The notes beneath the pieces are model-generated. The model searched no databases, was not told the origin of the DNA, and saw nothing but the letters and a program-made list of their open reading frames with translations. A stretch of 64,000 nt of DNA from Schmidtea nova (taxonomy: Eukaryota), in contig CM097882.1 in assembly GCA_044892505.1 (NCBI GenBank), positions 433,256,001-433,320,000 of the forward strand, in the 5' to 3' direction. Positions 60,901 to 64,000 of this stretch are shown piece after piece. Within the stretch, counting starts at the first letter, position 1. Each line of letters begins with the position of its first letter. The position numbers and the translations under genes are program-made.

Positions 60901-61639
60901 GCCTGTTTACTAGCTTGCTTAGTTGCCTGTTTACTAGCTTGCTTAGTGGCTTGTTTACTAGCTTGTTTGGTAGCTTGTTTGGTAGCTTGTTTGGTAGCTT
61001 GTTTGGTAGCTTGTTTGGTGGCTTGTTTGGTGGCTTGCTTAGCGGCTTGTTTACTAGCTTGCTTAGCAGCATGTTTACTAGCTTGCTTAGCGGCTTGTTT
61101 ACCAGCTTGTTTAGCTGCTTGCTTTCCAACTTGTTTTCCGGCTTGCTTTCCCCCAACTTTTAAGCCAGTTGCTCCAAATTTAGCAGCCAACCCGGCCATT
61201 AATTAAAAGTTTAGGATATTATTATATTGTTCATATTCATTTAAACATTATGAATTTCCACAAGTCAATAAAACATATTATTATTATTATTATCAAATAT
61301 TTATTATTCAGATAAGAATTAATGACCATAACTATTCTGAGCAAGCTAAGCAACTTCATACGCTGAAATTGGAAAATGCCGAGTCAAAGAACTTGGTTAG
61401 AATGTACATTTTATTTGCGAAATACTTTCAATATTTAAATCTAGATTGAGAACTTCAAGCTCCAACTAGTTGATGCTTCAATGACCGAAACCAATTTGAC
61501 TAAAACCTTGACCAACGAAAGTCAATCTCGTCAGAGTTACATTGACCAATTGTCACAGGAAACTATTCATTTGAATAGAGTTATAGACGATCTTAAAGAC
61601 AAAATCAAAATACGAGACGAAACAATCGGAAAACTTAAC
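20198..61639 (+). CDS. Large multi-exon coiled-coil protein gene (partial model; identity unknown; 3' end not resolved)
   Basis: AG/GT-bounded exons that join in frame: 20198-20404; tentative 24256-24291 and 24506-24551; 30766-30829; 31409-31465; 31515-31661; 41044-41127; 50988-51143; 51228-51293; 55877-56089; 56161-56307; 61312-61395; 61445-61639. The translation is rich in E/K/Q/L with heptad character (e.g. LEKTRSQLEDVKQSSDNKYDNLSSEVRRREEIIAQLRSEL). Further exons may lie in N-gaps. Linkage of the first exons to the coil exons is inferred. Confidence 0.75.
22140..23723 (-). mobile_element. piggyBac remnant
   Basis: Acidic N-terminus then DKDGTEW...AAHNII...DAFLLFFNDNFIN, typical of the piggyBac N-terminal region. 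A TTAA-flanked end lies at 23723-23727. An internal ~90-bp direct repeat occurs at about 22022 and 22726. Confidence 0.5.
24570..25500 (-). pseudogene. Heavily degraded Tc1/mariner/IS630-family transposase
   Basis: Fragments GNHTKSE...TGVPYSRSSIYAI (HTH-like) and HPIKSYF..LKTKVYDN (NPIENxW-like), with many stops. Confidence 0.45.
25583..26521 (+). mobile_element. Non-autonomous Helitron, interrupted by a solo LTR
   Basis: A|TCTAATATATAAA 5' end and CTAG|T 3' end preceded by a degenerate hairpin (GGCCCTAGCAACGC). Homologous to the copy at 58057-58790. Confidence 0.8.
25982..26218 (+). mobile_element. Solo LTR (237 bp)
   Basis: TGTGATG...TTTTACA with a perfect 5-bp TSD ATGTT (25977-25981, 26219-26223), internal TATAAATA and AATAAA. 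Removing it restores colinearity with the second Helitron copy. Confidence 0.88.
28229..28693. repeat. 13-bp minisatellite, about 35 copies, AATGATTGGC(AAT/TAT/AAC)
   Basis: Read directly from the sequence. It produces the spurious LLPIIIANHYCQS ORFs (39 nt = 3 units). Confidence 0.95.
28712..30390 (+). mobile_element. IS630/Tc1-like element with long, internally repetitive inverted arms; right end runs into a gap
   Basis: TA|CACACTTGATAAAGGCTGTGCC left end. About 20-bp subterminal repeats TATAGACAAAAATATTAATA at 28900-29030 are inverted at 30290-30390. The transposase lies between them. Confidence 0.82.
29086..30140 (+). pseudogene. IS630/Tc1-like DD34E transposase, frameshifted
   Basis: HTH (KTITKDLNLSSKTVYRWIER), FLDKTG, LMDNVRFH, IPPYSPELNPIEEIFS; 34 residues counted between D and E. 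Two frameshifts near 29705-29750 and a stop at 30000. Confidence 0.85.
30766..31661 (+). CDS. Coiled-coil gene exons 30766-30829, 31409-31465, 31515-31661
   Basis: PSGTSGYESGEAGLSFRSNSA | CTVQTFNSTSSLLQKLQNE | LTLRTTELHDKENEYFNLKASYE...LSKDKQ, with canonical splice sites. Confidence 0.75.
31089..31257. repeat. Abutting termini of two IS630-like copies forming a 138-bp palindrome
   Basis: ...CAAGTGTG TATA CACACTTG...; 31120-31257 is self-complementary with one mismatch. Confidence 0.85.
33062..33587 (+). pseudogene. Polinton small basic core-like protein
   Basis: Lys/Arg-rich, ending KQQEGFIAALLPLALSLLGGAG, which resembles the QxGGFLPALL motif of small Polinton proteins. One frameshift and one stop. 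Confidence 0.55.
33615..34739 (+). pseudogene. Polinton-type retroviral-like integrase with C-terminal chromodomain
   Basis: INDLWQMDLMEM...KGYKYILTCINVYS, KAALVEKFNRTL, YKIGDHVRISK...WSDEAYII...GKFFEQEL, YYVKWHGYKEPSWI. Contains an N-gap and stops. Confidence 0.88.
34740..35763 (+). pseudogene. Polinton minor capsid (penton) protein
   Basis: MNFYTILPSNSCPDIHPDNTASKF.INLQNPIYLDGIWKVAL at the start and PIYLTVSTSCINNIEINIRDDRGNLINF...LTLHFRK at the end. Confidence 0.78.
35756..36090 (+). pseudogene. Conserved small Polinton protein (TGGELP.FVGKQYGSGWL motif)
   Basis: MSNPDIISFY...*TGGELPNFVGKQYGSGWLKTIERFPLSILKRLG, with premature stops. Confidence 0.55.
36100..36560 (+). pseudogene. Polinton major capsid protein, N-terminal fragment
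   Basis: QLEFYINGSSTEYLNLKDT.LSLTVKVV...NNYLFHILFKD...NNTYAHKAIIETVLNYTSDTK; truncated. Confidence 0.75.
36699..37760 (+). pseudogene. Protein-primed family B DNA polymerase, N-terminal fragment
   Basis: GSKFIDTPKSLRKKKCLVNVVNEDDFSFL and FVIYADFETIL (ExoI motif). The polymerase domain is absent. Confidence 0.75.
39371..39400. repeat. (TA)n microsatellite; others at about 39712-39765, 41873-41953, 54802-54885, 57895-57959, 62675-62748
   Basis: Read directly from the sequence. Confidence 0.95.
41044..41127 (+). CDS. Coiled-coil gene exon
   Basis: TTTCAG | MRQLQQKLVSVEGSATRSYGDCEAMRVE | GTAAGC; 84 nt, phase 0/0. Confidence 0.75.
41194..41496. mobile_element. hAT MITE
   Basis: TIRs CAGTGGTTCTT / AAGAATCACTG; 8-bp flanks AATTAAAT / ATTTAAAT (7/8). 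Confidence 0.75.
42307..42512. repeat. Second end-to-end junction of IS630-like termini
   Basis: The right end finishes at 42377 plus TA. A 22-nt spacer carries a partial TIR copy. TA plus the left end starts at 42404. N-gaps lie on both sides. Confidence 0.82.
44371..45177 (+). CDS. gag: Gag with three zinc knuckles
   Basis: CFKCNKEGHIARFC, CNKCGKRGHIAVNC and CYECGGGHLAR (third one degenerate), after a capsid-like region. Confidence 0.85.
   Translation: MASRTEKEYLQEYLFKDKLSKLITFKKRGIENHLIEDHLILVRSFIDQFAKHNLVTEEEKIKVFLKYTRQERDDTVVDFAKRVKMRCLSYEGEKEKMMIHAFIEGVRNQTLSVALKIREPKTLEEAIEEIKMEHVGVKEKENEYNQVRKLATTYEGTINFLKREIDRLNKIIEELRKEQLRKPNKNQREVREDISSYQQKVTCFKCNKEGHIARFCLKKDDNGNIDTRTCNKCGKRGHIAVNCRIGTNRMNAIKCYECGGGHLARQEE
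45440..49357 (+). pseudogene. pol: Ty3/gypsy pol (protease, RT, RNase H, integrase), disrupted
   Basis: VMFDTVADLNVIS (protease), RMCVDYRALN, FSTLDLSSGYYQV, MPFGLCSAPATFQ, YLDE, LDTDAS, RTDHQALKW, TFTSPYYPQSDGLVE. Multiple stops and frameshifts. Confidence 0.92.
49862..49993 (-). repeat. IS630-like right terminus
   Basis: GATCAAAATT...GCACAGCCTTTATCAAGTGT|ATA; same family as 28712, 31186 and 42377. Confidence 0.75.
50026..50717. mobile_element. Foldback element with about 290-bp imperfect inverted arms (MULE-MITE-like)
   Basis: AATAGAAAAACGCCAACTAAGTAAATTCAACATAAACGCGATATATTTCG... at 50026 mirrors the sequence ending at about 50705. The outer end reads GGCAATG on the minus strand. Confidence 0.75.
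50988..51293 (+). CDS. Coiled-coil gene exons 50988-51143 and 51228-51293
   Basis: 156-nt and 66-nt phase-0 exons with canonical sites and an 84-nt intron. Confidence 0.8.
51600..53500 (+). mobile_element. Degraded hAT transposase and right end, interrupted by a MITE
   Basis: IVHQFAARFKDFRK, LQLELIEIKN, NFKSTYNCEQFF, YRSRLADERL; terminus AAAAGGTTCCCGACC. Confidence 0.7.
52049..52490. mobile_element. hAT MITE nested in a hAT
   Basis: TIRs CAGTGGCGTCACTAGGG / CCCTAGTGACGCCACTG; 8-bp flanks CTAAAATG / CTGAAATG (7/8). Confidence 0.85.
54303..55093. mobile_element. Composite hAT MITE ending in a large hairpin centred on (TA)n
   Basis: Left TIR CAGCGTTTCGCAACC; right TIR GGTTGGGAAACACTG at both 54381 and 55093. 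Outer flanks CTCTAAAC / CTCAAAAC (7/8). The interval 54605-55082 is an inverted repeat. Confidence 0.72.
55877..56307 (+). CDS. Coiled-coil gene exons 55877-56089 and 56161-56307
   Basis: LQNLLKHNKELEDLTKKMQEEISQK...FYEEFK | MKGHINTIDKIKQDYRELELKHK...DLTEK, with a 71-nt GT-AG intron. Confidence 0.82.
56560..57030 (+). pseudogene. Ty3/gypsy RT remnant
   Basis: CMDYGAVNTKT..PIY.IP, QVTLKRPDISK...RFGRFE, GSKLSPAKCNF. Confidence 0.6.
57240..58035. repeat. Complex repeat: TGACTCA/ATCGAT motifs followed by AAGGTC-rich units interleaved with (TA)n
   Basis: ATGACTCATCGATG resembles the Polinton TIR subrepeats. TCGAAGGTCATACCC..AAGGGTCC..AGGTTCAAA-like units recur in both orientations. Confidence 0.6.
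58057..58790 (-). mobile_element. Non-autonomous Helitron (same family as 25583-26521)
   Basis: On the minus strand: A|TCTAATATATAAA 5' end, hairpin CCCGAGCAACGCCGGG, CTGG|T 3' end. Confidence 0.85.
59505..61199 (-). CDS. Intronless 564-aa low-complexity protein (KQAS/KQAT and KEKGKKAA repeats, acidic middle, basic/Ser-rich segment, Cys-containing tail), nested antisense in an intron
   Basis: A 1695-nt uninterrupted ORF in AT-rich DNA. About 330 C-terminal codons are non-repetitive and still open, so the ORF is not just a repeat artefact. No transposase or retro motifs seen. Confidence 0.8.
   Translation of the reverse strand: MAGLAAKFGATGLKVGGKQAGKQVGKQAAKQAGKQAAKQASKHAAKQASKQAAKQATKQATKQATKQATKQATKQATKQASKQATKQASKQATKQASKQATKQASKQATKQASKQATKQTSKQASKQTSKQVSKQANKQAGKQIKEQGKKVAKDKIKKAAKEKGKKAVKEKGKKAVKEKGKKAAKEKGKKAAKEKGKKAAKDQSKKQGKKATKETSKKGQKDASKKAKNKAKEKAQEALEKLFDDNESEAPITPSEDNETNEQDNEIISEDTKNQASQETTDEKKQNLSEAKTDSTNEVPRGIIDSSNDKDRQNLPGDKMVSRQDLTSVHKEEVVDNAPKEVAENALKEEYVGNMHLNTQQNEKDYNTKNYQESSKNLQIEPKLEKSVPKYNSINEKLTDDLTSDSDSGKYEKEERVDYRKKSESKKRAKYRSHNKNKRKKYLGLSTSSVSDNFDTSCSSGYVRFLTKMYKCLVKSKKTVSSRLSSKLINRLNYRRNILSNRILVEPCETGYSTGLGIIDGIPYGDMDPLLYGEPDFTFDQCIQYTNNAKGCLCPTCGSNLFGS
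61312..61639 (+). CDS. Coiled-coil gene exons 61312-61395 and 61445-61639
   Basis: IRINDHNYSEQAKQLHTLKLENAESKNL | IENFKLQLVDASMTETNL...DETIGKLN, with a 49-nt GT-AG intron. Confidence 0.8.
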
Positions 61640-62673
61640 GTAATTTTTCTATTAACTTTTTCTTGAAATAAAGACATTTTTTTATATTTTCAAATATTTT
61701 GCATTGTTTTTATTATTATGATTTTGAAGCTTCTCTCGTCTTATGCTTAAAGGTTAACATCACAAGTATAATTGCTACGACGGCGTGAGACATTTCGAGA
61801 AATTCTTCATTAACTACTTAATGTAAACAGTTACTTTGAATTTTTGGTCAAAAAATAATAAAAATATTTTTAAGTAAATTATATGTGAGTATTTAAAAGA
61901 ATATTCTAAATTCATTAATCAAATGATTTTCATTTAGTGATTCATATAAACCCCTTTACACTTGTTTTCATACATTAAGAGATGCTATAATATAAGATAA
62001 AAATTATCAATATCAAATGAAAACTTACGTGGGTGTTAAATTTTAACTTTACATAGTTTAAGAGATTTAACATCTCATAGACAAATTGGAAGAAAAAATA
62101 AATTATACACACAAGCACAGCACACAATGAAAAATGCATGCAAACTTTTAAAGTCAACATATTTTACGCGATTAAGAGATCTATAATAAATTTATTTATT
62201 TTTTTAATTTTTGGGTAAAATTTGGAATATTTCCTAGGACAGTTGCCGAGAAAATGAACAAATAACGTCGTAAGTTTTATTTTAATGAATTTTAATATAA
62301 AACTTCATATATTTTCGAAAATCCCCTTGAAATATTTTCAATTTATTGACAATTAAACATTTTTATGCAGCAATTTAGCTATTTTAGAGATCTCAGATAA
62401 TGCAGTAAAATAAAATTTGGCAGTGCTTGAAATAACATACAATGAATAAAATTTTGTATAAAAATAGACAAAATTAGTATTCTAGATATTTACTTTCTAG
62501 CTTTTGAAAACAAAATATTATAATGGAATTTCTGAAATTTACCAAATCAGAATAATCAAAGCCATGTAAAATGGCGAAAACTACTTCCGATTTGAAGATT
62601 TCTTATAATATCCAAAAAAATATTTCAGAGATAAATAGAAAATTTTTAGTTAATAATTCTTGTAGTGCCTCCG

Positions 62674-62754
<81 letters not shown>

Positions 62755-64000
62755 TATATAGTATATACAAATGTAGAGTTGTTTAAATAACCAAACTCAC
62801 GGGCACAATTTAGAATCAACTAAAACACACTGGCACAAATTCGAAAAACAAAATACAAATCAAGATTGAATTCAATCAGCACAAGAGGATCGCAGCACGG
62901 ATAGATTTCTTAATTAATAAAATTTATATTACTATTAACTCCAGTTTTTTTATTTCAGTTATGAAATCCGATTATGTTTCGTTGATATTTTTTCTCACTT
63001 TATAAGTCTCAACAATTCTTATAACAAATCTTAATTAAAAATGATTATTTAACTTTTAATGTAAATAATTTCCAAAATATGTTAAATAATCATAAGTTCT
63101 TACAAAGTATTCAAAAATTAAATAAAAATAATATTATGAATTATAGAATAGAGATAATCTTTCAAAGCTTGTAAAGTGATCACATATGATTATGAAATCA
63201 AAATAAAAGCTTTAAAAGATATCTTTTAAAAAAATTACCTAATAGCCATTTAAAAAAATGGTTGAATTATCTTCAACAAAATATAATTATGAGTCACAAT
63301 TAGGTTTACACACTTGCGTGTTTTAAAGTTACTCTTAAATTATGGAAACAGGCATAACAGTCGGTATAATAAATGATAAAGCGCAGCCTATAATATCATC
63401 ACAAGTACAACAAGCACTTGATTGAGGGCAAGACTTATTTATTTACATACATAGAAAAAATTAGAAACGCTAAACAATATTTAGTTGAATTAATATGAAA
63501 CTGTTTTACGTATTGTTAGGAGTATCAATAATTTTTTTTTCTCTATAGGAGAGAGAAAAGAATTTAAATATTATCTAAAAGAGTTGACCTTTGCTTTGCT
63601 GTACACAATGAATAACCCCCACTAAATATCACAAATTCAAGAAGTGGAAATTGTAGCAGCAAAAGATATAAATTCCAATTTAATAGTAAATTTCGTTGAT
63701 AGAGTTTTTATTAAGTTGGAGATTAAGAAATTCGAAGATGAGAGATATATTTCACTTTGATATTTTTTTATTGAAAAACCATTTAGTTGTAGCAAGTGTG
63801 AGAATAAGTTCATAAATATTCACATTGCTGATAGATATGCGAGTTTAACTAGCACATTACAACCAGGCTAGCAAACCTTAACTTTCATTTCTATTAGATT
63901 AGGAAAGCCGCAAGCGATGGGGATAACGAAAACACAAATATTTTTAAATACAGAAAAGAAATTGTATGTTCCAGTTTACTAATTATCTATAGTAATTCTG

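Noticed and set aside
60482-61206. Alternative-frame and antisense ORFs over the KQA repeat (LLAC/LVAC, NKLP, SLFG repeats)
   Set aside because: They are confined to the 12/24-bp repeat, where stop-free shadow frames are expected. Only the 564-aa frame continues into unique sequence.
3631-61639. Alternative genetic code (TAA/TAG read as Gln)
   Set aside because: ERCC1 and the coil exons have no internal TAA/TAG, and ERCC1 terminates in TAA at the expected position.
62772-62943. Possible solo LTR (TG...AATAAA...CA)
   Set aside because: No TSD (ACAAA vs GTTTT) and no second copy in the window.
1-64000. Prokaryotic or microsporidian origin
   Set aside because: Intron-rich spliceosomal genes throughout, together with Polinton, Helitron and hAT elements, point to another eukaryote, probably an animal. 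The exact taxon cannot be assigned.
1-64000. tRNA, rRNA or other structured RNA genes
   Set aside because: None recognised by eye; a covariance-model scan (tRNAscan-SE/Infernal) was not possible.
61700-64000. Further 3' exons of the coiled-coil gene or another gene (e.g. 61750-61830, 63340-63430, 63570-63900)
   Set aside because: There are short coding-like patches, but no confident acceptor/donor pair continuing the frame.

Overview
AT-rich eukaryotic nuclear DNA, probably from an invertebrate animal (taxon not determinable from the sequence), with nine N-gaps. Two spliced host genes sit head-to-head across a 315-bp spacer, and the ORF track missed both because their exons are small. (1) On the minus strand is a complete 9-exon ERCC1 gene (19882->3631, 283 aa). 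Seven of its introns are 43-53 nt, one has a GC donor, and one is 15,079 nt and filled with transposons. (2) On the plus strand is a long coiled-coil protein gene that starts at 20198 and runs to at least 61639, with alternating tiny and multi-kb introns. One intron holds an intronless antisense ORF of 564 aa with Lys/Gln/Ala repeats. Most remaining sequence is mobile DNA, often nested: MULE, several hATs and hAT MITEs, a Merlin element inside a hAT, mariner/Tc1/IS630-like elements, piggyBac remnants, Helitrons, a solo LTR, Ty3/gypsy elements (one full-length with LTRs, PBS, PPT and TSD), and an internally deleted Polinton/Maverick with TIRs, a near-TSD, integrase, capsid and pPolB remnants. 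Several large hairpin/foldback structures and a 13-bp CCAAT-containing tandem array are also present. All calls are manual translation and motif recognition; no database searches were run.
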